Part shown: positions 39,755 to 52,574 of the stretch, in pieces
How positions within the stretch are numbered: position 1 is the first letter of the stretch
Layout: each line of letters begins with the position of its first letter
NCBI GenBank assembly: GCA_951406725.2
Contig: OX597830.1
Span: 43,400,001 to 43,464,000 of the forward strand
Source of the DNA: Octopus vulgaris
Taxonomy: Eukaryota
Reading direction: 5' to 3'
DNA length: 64,000 nucleotides
The notes under the pieces: model-generated
Seen by the model: only the letters and a program-made list of their open reading frames with translations
Told to the model about the DNA's origin: nothing
Database searches by the model: none
Translations under genes and position numbers: made by a program

Positions 39755-39756
<2 letters not shown>

Positions 39757-40365
39757 GATCTTTAAATCCAACGTGCATATTTTGTTAGAACATGGAATAC
39801 TGCGTTATTTACTTCGAGAGGACTTCTCACATGGACACATGATGCATAAAAGCACTCATATTTATATCGTTGGCAAACCTGAATCGTCTGTTACAGATAA
39901 CGGAACGGCCAGATCATGTGATTTCGATCTGCCCAATGTTTTTATGCTCTATGTGTACATACGAGAGTCCCTCTCACGGTAAATAACGCAATTTTCGGTG
40001 TTCTAACGAAACATCCACGTTAAGTTGGATATAAAGGTTGCCCCTTGGTATTGATATCGTTTTTTTTTTATAAGCCCGCTGGCTATTTGCGAATTCAATG
40101 CCTGAAAAGACACTGAAATTCTATATATCGTTGATAGTGAGTTTTGCTGTTATGCCGCTACCAGACGTCTGTCACTGAAGAAACTGGGCAGGTCGAAATC
40201 ACTAGATCTGGCAGTTTCGACCCCCGCAGCAGATGATTCTCGTCAGCCAAAGATATAAAAATGAGTTCTTTTAGGCACCATGCATATATGACGCAATATT
40301 TGGCATTCTAACAAAACATCCACGTTATGTTGGATATAAAGATTTTCTTTTTGCTATTAATATAT
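39755..40365 (+). mobile_element. Penelope-like/retrozyme-like unit between (TA)n tracts
   Basis: ~70-bp direct repeats at 39986 and 40291 (period 305) around a hammerhead motif; inverted partial copy of that motif at 39908-39935. Confidence 0.6.
40169..40214 (+). ncRNA. minimal type I hammerhead ribozyme
   Basis: CTGTCA|CTGAAGA|AACT-GGGCA-GGTC|GAA|ATC-ACTA-GAT|C|TGGCAG: intact core, 6-bp stem I, UC site after 40208; first stem II pair is an A.C mismatch. Confidence 0.7.
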
Positions 40366-40892
40366 ATATATATATATATATAGTCGTTGGTATGAAAATA
40401 AAATGTTGAATTTGATGTCATTTTTAGTCTACTTGTTGTTTGAAACCGAGTTATTTTCGTTGATTATTTTAAGATCGGAAATTTGGTACAGTTGTATCTC
40501 GTACGAACTTGTATGCGAAACATTTATGTAATAGAATATACCTGATAAGTGAACGTCCTGTACTCTCACCGGATCAAATAAGACAATCTCAAATTAAGTG
40601 CTCTGTCCTAAAAATACAAAGAAACTCTTGTGTTATGTTTGAATAAACACCCCATGAGCTGGCAATGCAAAATTCCCGATTCACTCAGGCAATTTACTTC
40701 TTATGAAAAGCCATCGGCAGAAAATAGAGAGCCGTGAGAGAGTAAATGTTCCACGTCATTCAAAGATGAATAAGTTCATACAAAAATAGGCAATCGTTCA
40801 AATCTATTTATGTAAAAGTTAAATGGTTTGGTCGACGAGGTGTTGTGATTGCAAATTTATTGTAGGCGTCTTATTTTTTTAAACAAGCACTT

Positions 40893-41125
40893 ACAGGCGC
40901 AGACGTGGCTGTGTGGTAAGAAGTTTGCTTCCGAACCACATGATTCCGAGTTCAGTCTCACTGCGTGGCACCTTGGGCAGGAGTCTTCTACTATAGCATC
41001 GAATAGCCTCGAAATGACCAAATTATCTTGTGGGTGAATTAGGTAGAAGGAAACTGAAAGAAGCCCGTCGTGTATATGTATATGTGAGTGTGTGTATGCG
41101 CGCGCGTCTATGTGTGTGTGTGTGT

Positions 41126-41161
<36 letters not shown>

Positions 41162-41345
41162 CCATCCATAGTTTGACAACCGGTATTGGTGTGTTCATGT
41201 CCCCATAACTTAGCAGTTCGGCAAAAGAGACCATAGAATTAGTACCGGTCTTCAATAAATAAATAAATAAATAAGCATTGAGGTTCTTCAAGACGGTACC
41301 CCAGTATGGCTGCAACCTAATGACAGAAACAAGAAAAAGATAAAA
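40893..41345 (+). mobile_element. SINE family B
   Basis: CAGGCGCAGACGTGGCTGTGTGGTAAG head, CCTTGGGCAG core, (TG)n, CCCCAGTATGGCTGC tail. Confidence 0.85.
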
Positions 41346-42956
41346 GACAACTAAAGACTGACAGAATGGTAAAAACTATACTTAGTTCCATCCCTCCCTC
41401 CTTCTCTATATACCGATGAGATTGAATTTACTTTTCATCCAACCAGATCCAGTAAAATACTCTGGACAATTAGTTTCAGTACAGTCCACTTCTAAAATGT
41501 GCCATCTTTTATCAAGATAAGAAATTACCATTAATACAGACGATAAACTTTGCTCAATGAACGAGTGTTCACAAAGAGAACGGAAGAGTGTTTCTTAAAT
41601 TGGGTTCCTAAGAACTCCAAAATACCCTGAAAAAATCTGGGGTTCCGTGAGATAAAATGTTTTTTAATAAAATTCTTTAGAAACTACACCAAGTGAGAAT
41701 CGAAATCAGATCATCAGGTTAGTTTACTATGTGTATAGCAACCATACAATGACGTTAGCCAAGTTAGAGAAGCATTTAGGAAAAATCAATAATTGAACAG
41801 TAAATCGATGGGGAGTCAAGTTAATTAGAAAACTAAGTAACCGTTGTTTTAGGAATGACTTCGGTAATACTTCGAACTATACAGACTCTCATGTCACTCT
41901 ACCGTTAGAAATGTTGGAATCGGTCGATTGGAAACATATAACCAATGACGTTGGTCTATTATTTTTAAAATTATAAATAATTTTTAAAATAATTTTGCTT
42001 TAGTCATTTACATACCATGTTTTTCTGCATAAAAGTCGAGTTTTTCGGACCAAAATTTGTTGCCAAAAAGGATACGTTGACATACACTTTAAAACTACTT
42101 TTGAGGACCAAAAACTCCATATGAAATGCAGCGGGATTTGGAAAGAGAATAACATTAGTTGAAAATTTACACATGTTTACACGATTTACTACATGGACTT
42201 GTTTGGCGAGAAACACAGTATATAAATATTATTTCAACACACGATTTCACATCAAGAATCTTGCAAAACAAATATATAAACGTAACAGTATATAAAGTTT
42301 TTCTAAAACAATTTTTGTTTTAATTAATGCTTTATTAAAATTAAGGTGGCAGTTCGGTGGAGGGGGCTGTAGAATATAGGTAGGAGTTCTATGAATTTTA
42401 GAAAATTATGATTTATGCGACAAAATACATTTGGCAATTACTGGAATAATTTCTTTCTTTTTTCTTTTCTACCTTTTTTTTTTTTTTTAGTGTAACGATC
42501 TTGTTACATATTTCTGCGTATATTTGAATGAAACATATAACACTATGGACTTCAGATAGTAACAGATTACTCCTTGGATTCGATCTTACAGCATTTCCAT
42601 CTCGAATTGAAGGAGCAAATCTGTTACAATCTAGTCTTCACTATGACCATATTTGGCAATTACCATATTTGACACGAGTAGCGACACACATCCCTGTAAG
42701 TTAATCCCCATGTCTACTGGCTTATAGATCCCAGCCAATCACATTCGATATAAATGGCGTCGGCAAAAATCGAAAGAATCTTATTTTGATTTGACTTTGA
42801 AATCCTGAAAGGAGCTTCTCGAAGCTTTTTGGAGGGGCGGGGTGGATTTTTGGACTTCCAATTTCACTGCGCTTCTCATCCATAAGATACAACTAAAACC
42901 ATCAAAGGTTTAGCATAGCTGAGCCTCACAATCTTTCAAAGAACGTTACATATATG

Positions 42957-43152
42957 CAGTAATCCCTTAACTATCGCGGGTGTTACGTTCCAAAACCCCC
43001 CCGCAATAGGTGAAAATCCGCGAAGTAGAAACAGTACAGTATTTTTTTTTTTACCATTTCTATATATTTATTTTATTATAGATGCAAAAGAACACCACGG
43101 AGGAATCGACGTAAGCTTAAATAATAAACCGCGATATGGTGAGACATTACTG
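42957..43152. mobile_element. pogo/Tigger-like MITE
   Basis: TIRs CAGTAATCCCT / AGACATTACTG, TA at the right flank. Confidence 0.7.
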
Positions 43153-43179
43153 TACTACATCTAACTCCGTATCGCCAAA

Positions 43180-43345
43180 CAGGGCCAGCTCAAGGTACCG
43201 GCTACTCGGGCAGTCGCCCGGGGTGCCATGTGCCATGAGGCGCCAAGTAGGGCGTGACAAAGACAAGGGGATTTCCACGACCGATAGCTTGTACACGCCG
43301 AAGTTCAGCTTGCCCGGGGCGCCAGCAACCCTAGGGCCGGCCCTG
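43180..43345. mobile_element. hAT-type MITE
   Basis: TIRs CAGGGCCAGC / GCCGGCCCTG; near-identical 8-bp flanks TCGCCAAA / ATCCCAAA. Confidence 0.7.
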
Positions 43346-43461
43346 ATCCCAAAGGCTAGTTTTCTCTTTATGACTAAAACCAACTTCGTTTCTTGAAAAC
43401 ATCCCTGGTAAATCTAACATTTACGAAATTCAGAACATCATTCTCAACAGCAGGGCCCACA

Positions 43462-43970
43462 TCTATATATATAAAACTGTAGTTGTGTGAGTGTCTGTCC
43501 CCTTCGATTTAGATTCCTAACTCCTCCCACATTTTGCTGTGCAGTTTAACCAAATTCGGGTATCTTATAGTCGTGATTCATATCGAGCCCGTCTGAGTAT
43601 TAGCGCGCGTCAACGACGAGTCTACGATTTTAAAAATAATTTAACATCATTTTTTATTCCATTTTAATGCATAATTTTTCGTGTGTCGATGGCGGCGGAG
43701 TTGGCGTCCATGCTCACAGCTGCACCTGTTTGCTTCTTCCCCTTCCCTCCCTCGTGAAGCTGTGGGGAAGGGAGTGTAAAGAAATCAACGTCGTAATGCG
43801 TTGTCAAGGAGACCAGCGTTCTTTTAGAACAACGACTTCATGGCTTGAAGACACCAAAACAGAAATGACTAAGAAAGCCCGAATTGGCATCTATAAGGGA
43901 AGTAACTCTCTAAAAATGCTTATATAGTTATTTCCCTTACAAACCGAGCAACGCCGGGCGATACTGCTAT
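43462..43970 (+). mobile_element. non-autonomous Helitron-like element
   Basis: 5' A|TCTATATATATAAAA; 3' subterminal hairpin CCGAGCAACGCCGG followed by CTAT (CTAG variant); no TSD. Confidence 0.7.
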
Positions 43971-44231
43971 GTTCTTGTCCTTTGTATACATTATTATATA
44001 AAAGGTATCTTTATATTAGCCCTTGTGGCCAATAAAATAATTAATTATTTAAATTTGTTTCTGCACTGGCTGAGTATACTGATTCAAAAGGAATTTTATA
44101 CTCTGTTATAATTTACATTATGCGGTGAAATGTATAACCATTCCATAACAATACCTGCCTTAGGTATCTGGTTAACACCCGGCAGTGATTGTTAAAAGAA
44201 AATAACAACAACAACAACAACGATGATACTA

Positions 44232-44806
44232 ATCCTTTCTGCTAAAGGCACAAGGCGTGAAATTTGGGGGAAGGGGACTAGTCGATTACATCGACCCCAG
44301 TGTTTCACTGGTACTTAATGTATCAACCCCGAAAGGATAAGAGGCAATGTCGACCTCAGCGGAATTTGAATTCAGAACGTAGCGGCAGACGAAATACCTA
44401 TTTCTTTACTACCCACAAGGGACTAAACACAGAGCGGACAAACAAGGACAGACAAAGGGATTAAGTCGATTGCATCGACCCCAGTGCGTAACTGGTACTT
44501 ATTTAATCGATCCCGAAAGGATGAAAGGCAAAATCGACCTCGGCGGAATTTGAACTCAGAACGTAGCGAAATACCTATTTCTTTATTACCGACAAGGGGC
44601 TAAACACAGAGGGGACAAATAAGGACAGACATAGGTATTAAGTCGATTACATCGACCCCAGTGCGTAACTGGTACTTAATTTATCGACCCCGAAAGGATG
44701 AAAGGCAAAGTCGCCCTCGGCGGAATTTGAACTCACAACGTAACGCAGACGAAATACCGCTAAGCATTTCGCGCGGCGTGCTAACGTTTCTCCCAGCTCG
44801 CCGCTT
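44232..44806 (-). mobile_element. SINE family A trimer
   Basis: Three cores with recurrent junctions. Confidence 0.85.
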
Positions 44807-44854
44807 TATAATAATAATAATAATAACAATAATAATAATAATAATATGATGTAC

Positions 44855-45266
44855 TCTTTACTCTCTTTTACTCTTTTCAGTCATTTGACTGCGGCCATGC
44901 TGGAGCATCGCCTTTAGTTGAGCAAATCTATCTCCGGACTTATTCTTTGGAAGCCTGGTACTTATTCTATCGGTCTCTTTTGCCGAACTGCTAAGGTACG
45001 GGGACATAAACACACCACCATCAGTTGTCAAGCGATGTTAGGGGGACAAACACGGTCATACAAACATATACACACACATAAATATCTATGTAGATATATA
45101 CAACGGGCTTCTTTTAGTTTCCGTCTACCAAATCCACTCACAAGGCTTTGGTCGGCCCGAGGCTATAGTAGAAGACACTTGCCCAAAGTGACACGCAGTG
45201 GGAATGAACCTGGAACCATGTGATTGGTAAGCAAGCTACTTACCATACAGCCACTCCTGCGCCTGT
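44855..45266 (-). mobile_element. SINE family B
   Basis: Full head to tail on the minus strand. Confidence 0.85.
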
Positions 45267-46688
45267 AATACGATAAATATTAAAACTGTTTTAAGATCTC
45301 TTTATTATAAGACGACATTTTTATTACAATTTAGTTTGTGAATTTAAGATATTTGGCGCGTTTATAAATGTTTGTATGAAAGGAATAAAAAGATAAGTGG
45401 TGTGGTATATGATTCATTTAGGAATTAAAATGGTTTACAATTTCTCCAAGACAAAAAGCCCTCCATTATTCCACACAGAAGTCGTATTATTCTTGAGCCT
45501 CTCGTATATATATTAAATAAGATATACTTATATGTACTATTACTATCACTAAATAGGACGTTTTTCTGAAGTAGCTTTTAAAAAATAAGAAAATAAGAAA
45601 AATTATAAAAATAAGTATCTGGTGAGGTCAACCTAACTTCATCGTTTAAATAACATAATTTGATTTTTTCTTCTTTTTACTTGGTTTAATTTTACCAGTT
45701 TAACTATTTCGCTGCTCAGCACAAATAAAAAATTACTTTTAAATCAATTTAAAGTTAGTCTTCTTCACCGAAGTTTTATTCTTCAGGCCAACAAGAGAGC
45801 AGTTATTAAACTGTTAGAAATCAAGCCAACGAGCTGTGACCCGAGGGACTTTCTGAATGGCACATCTAGCGAAAAACTACTTTGGTTTTTCTTTTCAGTA
45901 GTGCGACCCGACAGATAATATGCCGTGTCTCGAGCGGCCCGCTTCCCGAAAAAGGTTTTCCATGCCTGCGCTACATAGTTGCAAGACTTGATAGAAAGAA
46001 TAACTAGTTTTCCCTCAAAGCAAATTCCATCGTCTTTGGCAAGGAAGAATACTAAAATGCGCTGATAATCATCTCTGGAGTGCCTTTGCTTAAAAGCCTG
46101 ATCGAGCGGAATAGGTCTTGGCTTAGAAAAAACCCATCAAAAACAATGATCGATTAGAAATGGCAGACATCTAGAGCGACTTTCTTGAAATAGCAGCAAA
46201 ATCGCCCTCGTGTCATCAGTTACTGTCTTTAAATGAAGGACATATTGAATAATCCTTTCTACTATAGGCACAAGGCCTGAAGTTTGATTACATCGACCCC
46301 AGTGCGTAACTGGTACTTAATTTATCGACCCCGAAGGGATGAAAGGCAAAGTCGACCTCGGTGGAATTTGAACCCAGAACGTAGTGATGGGTGAAATACC
46401 GCTAAGCATTTCGTCCAACGTGCTAACGATTCTGCCAGTTCGCCGCCTTGAACATATGTTGCATATGCTCTGTGTGTGTGAGAGTGTGTAGCTATATATA
46501 TATATATATATATATATAGGGAGTGTTTACGAAAAAAAACAAAAGACGAAGACAGGTGGTGTACAAAACAAACAGATGTATTAGTATAACGCTCAGGAAT
46601 AAAAAAAGTGTTTTACGTTTCGAGTCTACGCTCTTCTACAGAAAGGGACACAGAAAAAAACAAGGAGAGAAAAAAATGTGTGTAGTGG

Positions 46689-46754
<66 letters not shown>

Positions 46755-47179
46755 CACACACACAAGAAGTGGATGACTGACTCAACTCACTCACTCTCAG
46801 TTTCACTCGATCATCACTCTTCTTCTTTTCTGTCGTTATCACTTTATTCACTCCCTCCCTCTCTCCCCCTTTCTCTCTCTCCTCTCCTCAGTGTCATTAT
46901 TCTTCTCTCTCCTATCTCTTTCTTACTCTCTCTCTCTCTCTCTCTCTCTTCTATTTCCCTCCACCCTTTCACAACTGTTCATAATGGGTGTTGAAAGTTA
47001 AAAATAGGCTCGTTTAAGTAGGGATTAAATTATAAGCTTTTGATAACTCTTGCCATTGTCATCAGAGATGAATTTTAAAGAAATTAGTTCTAATAAGTAT
47101 ATCTCCTAATCTCCGATATCGCACATCTATTCATATCTCATAATTCCATGAGCCATCAAAAAGTAGCCAGTCATATAAT

Positions 47180-48630
47180 AAACGATCTCAAATAGGATTC
47201 ATATAAACTTGCAACGTTGTAAGTCTCTGATAGTATTCATACAGATCTTCAATGTAGTCACCTTCATATACTATTCATATAAAATTAGAACTTAGTCAAT
47301 CTCAAACAGCGTTCGCATAAAATTACAACGTGGTAAGATTGTGTAGCGAACACTCTCGTGAAATTCCTCTCTCCTTTGTTATATATACATACATTCGAAC
47401 ATAGCAGATAACAGCTAACCTTTTGCCGTTATTTGGACCTCGTTGTGTCCACCATTCTGATTGGTTAAATTGGCGCAATTTGTCTCTTACTCTATCGCAC
47501 GCCAGTATGTAGCCTAACCAATCGCAGCCTCCAAATAAGATCACGTGAAACAGTCTGTTCTCAACTCCAATTTTGAGCCTACTGTTAGCTATAAAAACTC
47601 AACTACTCCTTGTCTCAAGGTCTGTTTGTTCTAGACCTTCTAAGGTCTAATCACTGACCACACGTCACAGCCAGCTGCAGCGACGACGCCAGACAACACC
47701 CGTCCAACAGCATCACAGCGACCTCCATCTTTGTCACCAACGTCATCAACAACATCCCTACGTACACAACATCAGCAACACTGCTCAAGTTCTAACATAG
47801 CGCTGTTCCTGAGTTATTTCACCATGGTTAACAGCAAACATACAAACCATGCGGATGCATGTAAATATATGAATAAATATTCGTCACTCTTTCTATTATT
47901 GTTCAATCTGTATATATTTGAGACCGAGAGTAAAGGTATTTAAAGTTACAGCCTCGTTTTATGTATTCTTTGTACAGTGTTTCTTCGTCGAATGACATTA
48001 CAGCTTTCTGAACAGTCATCATTAGATGGCTTCAACCCGAGAACACCACCATCTAAAATTGTTTTATAGCATTCATAAATTTACAAGAAAGTAAGCTCTT
48101 TGTAATAAGATTTACACAAATTTACAACGCAAAAACTCTCTCCTGGGATTCGTGTAAACTCACTTTGTAACAGAACCCTAATGGTATTCAGTCAGCTTTG
48201 CAACGTAAATGATTTTCACACAAATTTACGTGGTAAGAATTCATACAAACTTACTATGTGGTAAACCTCTAATAGATATCAGGTTTATTTACAATGTAGT
48301 AAATCTTTTACAATGTAGAAAACCTCTATGGGATTCACACAAGTTTACAACGTAGTAAAGCTATAATAAGAGTCACACAAATTTACAACGTAGAAAACTT
48401 TTAATAGCATTTGTACACACAACAAATTAAACAATGTCTGAACTAGTAACTAACTGTTCACTGACTGAATTCATAGAAACTTCAACAAAGTAAATCATTA
48501 ATATAATTCACACATATTTACAACGTAGAAAACTTCTAATGTAATTCATATAAACTTATAACATAGTAAATTTCTAACAGTATTCACATAAATGTAGAAT
48601 GTAGTAAACCTTCCCTAATAGGATTCATAC
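47180..48630. repeat. degenerate ~39-bp tandem array, interrupted by a putative LTR
   Basis: Recurrent AAATTTACAACGTAGTAAA..CT(A)ATAG.ATTCA(T/C)A units on both sides of 47342-47950. Confidence 0.7.
47342..47950 (+). mobile_element. putative solo LTR
   Basis: TGTAGC...GTTACA inverted termini, CCAAT boxes, TATAAAA (47590), AATAAA (47872); no TSD seen. Confidence 0.6.
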
Positions 48631-48704
48631 AAACGAGAATCAATTTGCCAAGATAGATTGTTTGGTGGAAATCAAGTAAGTCATTCAATTCTAGCATAAA
48701 CACA

Positions 48705-48905
48705 GATATGACAATTTGGGAACAAACACAGATCTGACAATTTAGGGACAAACACAAGCCTGACAATCTGGGGACAAACACATATCTGACAATCTAGGGA
48801 AAACACATACCCGACAATCTGGGGACAAACATAGACTCGACAATTTGGGGAAAACACAGACTCGACAATTTGGGGACAAACACAGATCTGACAGATTGGA
48901 GACAA
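48705..48905. repeat. ~26-bp minisatellite
   Basis: About 8 copies of GACAAT(C/T)TGGGGACAAACACAGATCT. Confidence 0.85.
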
Positions 48906-50290
48906 GCATCATCATCATCGTTTAACGTCCAGTTTGCATTCAGGCATGGGTTGGATGGTTTGACTGGAAATGGTAAACTGGAGAGCTATGTGTAGTTCCA
49001 ATCTGGTTTGGCACGGTTTCTACGGCTGGGTGCCATTCTTAACGCCAACCACCCTGAGAATGTAGTGGGTGCCTTTTACGAGTCATCAGCACAGGTGCCA
49101 TTGACCTGACACCGGTATCGGCCATGACTATGATCTCACTTGGCTTGGCAGGTCAACACAAGCACCTGATAATTTGGGGGCAAACACCGTTCATTAAATC
49201 GCCCTATGTTTTAATGACTCAGAGAGGATCAAAGGTATTATCCACCTTGATAGGATATTGAAATCAGGATATAAAGTAACATAACTACACATTAGAATTA
49301 TGTTTTGGTTCATACTTAGCACTATTACCATCGTCATTGCCCATACTGGCATGGGTTGGGTGGTTTGAAAGGTGCTGGTAAGGTCAGGAACCATACCAGG
49401 TCCTATAATCTGTTCAGGCATGGTTTCAACGGCTGGATTCCCTTCCCAACACCAACCACTTTACAGAGTGCACAGGATACCTTTTACGTGGAACCATCAT
49501 CACCAGTGCTTTTTACATGGCACACTGATATATCGGGGGGGGGGGGGCATTAAATTTTAAATAACCCCCAGGTGGCAGATATTGCATGCTACCTGGTTTC
49601 ATAGCATCACTTGGTCCTGGGGAACTTATTGCTGTATTTACTCTAATGCGAATGGATTAAACAGCTACATTCATTTCGAACACGTTTTTGCCGCAAAACT
49701 TAAGCAGTAAATGGTTGATCGCTAGCATCAACTGCATCAGTCTCACTGATGTGAAAGAAGCTGCAAAGGTCATTGACACTGCTGGGGCACCACGACCCTC
49801 CACCACCTCCTCACTAGGTTATTATTTATGCAAAAGAAGCACATTATAAGCAAATTGCCAAATAACTGAAGTAGGAAAAAATAATGAAAAATACATTAAA
49901 ACTGAATAAAGTGTTTGACACCGTCACCACCATCCTCCTCATCATCATCATCACCTTACGTCCATTTATCTGTTCTTACAAGAGTTGGACATGTCTGTCG
50001 CAGTATATTGATGTGTGTGTGTGTATGCACATATTATATATATTTCTTTACTGCCCACAAAGGGCTAAACATAGAGGGGACAAACAAGGACAGACAAAGG
50101 GATTAAGTCGATTACATCGACCCCAGTGCGTAACTGTTACTTTATTTATCGACCCCGAAAGGATGAAAGGCAAAGTCTACCTCGGCGGAATTTGAACTCA
50201 GAACGTAACGGCGGACGAAATACGGCTACGCATTTCGCCCGGCGTGCTAACGTTTCTGCCAGCTCACCGCCTTCTATTATATATATATAC

Positions 50291-50335
<45 letters not shown>

Positions 50336-50440
50336 CGTATACATACATACATATATATATATATACATACGTATACATACATACATATATATATATATAC
50401 ATACGTATACATACATACATATATATATATATACATACGT

Positions 50441-50523
<83 letters not shown>

Positions 50524-50819
50524 TCAGGAAGAAGTTGACTAGGGTTACGTCACCTCCTATCAGATATTCTCATATTCCTACTTGTGACTCCTTCTCTTTT
50601 TCTCCCTGTTGTGTCCAATCCTTTAGCTTCTTCATTAATCACTATGAGCAGCTCTTCCTTCCCAGAATAGAGACCGTCAGGAATTTCCCTGCCGCTCATA
50701 TCTTTCCTGCAAGTGTTGAAATTAAAAGAACATTAATAGTTCCAATCTCACCTGTCAGTGAAGGCATGCAATGGTCACAGACATTGCACCTTTCTCCAGA
50801 CCCTTCTTTCTTTCAGTGG

Positions 50820-50920
50820 AAGGATCTTTGGTATGGTATAAGACAGCAAAACAAAAGTTAATGGCATCAAAGAAGAAAAACTATCCATTCTTGGAGGGCT
50901 GGATTAAAACCTATAGAAGA
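50820..50920 (+). mobile_element. decayed Mutator-like transposase fragment
   Basis: DLWYG / [23 protein letters not shown] across a frameshift resembles the D.WH..K...KKL...SKKK....L..WI motif of animal MULE-like transposases (recalled motif, not searched). Confidence 0.45.
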
Positions 50921-50983
50921 CGTAAGCTCTTTAAAGATTTTGGCAATTCATATATGTATATGTAATTCAAAATATAAACAATA

Positions 50984-51549
50984 CTCTTTTCTACTCTAGG
51001 CACAAGACCCGGAATTTTGGGGGAGGGACCCAGTTGTTGAGATCGACCCCAGAATGCAACTAGGACTTGATTTATCGACCCGGAAAGGCAAAGTTGACCT
51101 CGGCGGAATTTGAACTCAGAACGTAAAGACAGACGAAATACCGGTAAACATTTCGCCCAGCGTGCTAACGTTTCTTATTTCTTTATTGCCCACAAGGGGC
51201 TAAAAACAAAGACAGACAAAGAGATTAAGTCGATTACATTGGCCCCAGTGCGCGACTGGTACATAATTTATCGACCCTTGCAAGGATGAAAGGCAAAGTC
51301 GAACCTCGGCGGAATTTGAACTCAGAACGTAGCGGCAGACGAAATACCTATTTCTTTACTACCCACAAGGGACTAAACACAAAGAGGACAAACAAGGACA
51401 GACAAGCGGATTAAGTCGATTACATCGATTCCGAAAGGATGAAAGGCAAAGTCGACCTCGGCAGAATTTGAACTCAGAACGTAACGGTAGGCGAAATACG
51501 GCTACGCTTTTCGCCCGGCGTGCTAACGTTTCTGCCAGCTCGCCGCCTT
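50984..51549 (-). mobile_element. SINE family A trimer
   Basis: Three fused cores; a monomer lies nearby at 50042-50272. Confidence 0.85.
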
Positions 51550-51867
51550 TGAATATAAAGCATAATAAACCAAGAAATAAATTATTTTTCATAATGAAAA
51601 AAACTAACAGTAAGATGGAAAATTATGTTTATTTTTGTATATTTCTACTTTATGTATATTTGAAAAGTTTTCTCCTATTTTTAATTGCAAAGTCTTTGAT
51701 TAGATCATCAAAATTAATCTTACATAACACATCTGCTTCTATACGTAGCAGAGATAAAGCATCCAGCCTGCTTTGTTGCATGGTTGTTCTGATATGGGTT
51801 TTAATATATGATAATGATGATTCAACTGAAAAAATGAACGTTCGGCTAAGTAATTTATGACCATTTA

Positions 51868-52322
51868 ATGTGTAGTGGAACTACTTTCTTCTGACGTAGT
51901 GGTCTTATATTTATGCGTGATGTGGCTAGTGTGCGGCCAAACATATCACCTCGCGCATAGATACATGACTCGCCATCTCCACAAAAGGAAAAAAAAGAGC
52001 AGTCTTTTATGCAGCCAGTCGGCAGAAGACTTTAATGCCACAACCATCGGCAAACAGATCCAACAACCATCTGCAAGTAGAGCTGCACAACCGTCAGCAG
52101 ACAGATCTTGACATTTCACGCCAGCCTTCGTCCCACCGGTTGCTGCCTGTTTGTGTTTCTTACATCCTTAGCACTGCAAACTTAATTGTGCAATTGTAAG
52201 TTTTTATGGCTTCCCTCAGACTATTACATATCTACGCTCACGGAAAGACTTCCTCTCGAGGAAGTCTTGCCACGCTCACTTTGCTCAGCACTTGTCAACA
52301 CTCTCGAATAAATTATTATACT
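51868..52322 (+). mobile_element. LTR-like remnant
   Basis: Starts TGTGTAGTGG, GC-richer interior, AATAAA near 52307, truncated by a piggyBac MITE. Confidence 0.35.
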
Positions 52323-52326
52323 TTAA

Positions 52327-52574
52327 CCCTTTCATGCCAATCATCCGTTTAAGCTGACACTTAATTTATAAGGCTATAAAACAAGTACTTGATACAAATT
52401 GTGATTTGTGTATGATCTGTATCAAAGAATGAAACATGTTCTTAACGTGTTATCAAACGATTTTCAATGAAATGTTTTGTTTGTTTTTTTTTCATTAGTT
52501 ATTTAGCTCAAAATAATAGTATCTGTGAATTTTCAGGCAATTTCATTCACTAGAAAAATTTCGGCATGAATGGG
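52327..52574. mobile_element. piggyBac-type MITE
   Basis: TTAA TSDs; TIRs CCCTTTCATGCC / GGCATGAATGGG. Confidence 0.85.

Noticed and set aside
50817-50921. 105-nt plus-strand exon candidate (TTTCAG|...|GTAAGC, one open frame)
   Set aside because: The peptide resembles a frameshifted Mutator-like transposase motif and no partner exons are visible; exonisation cannot be excluded without RNA data
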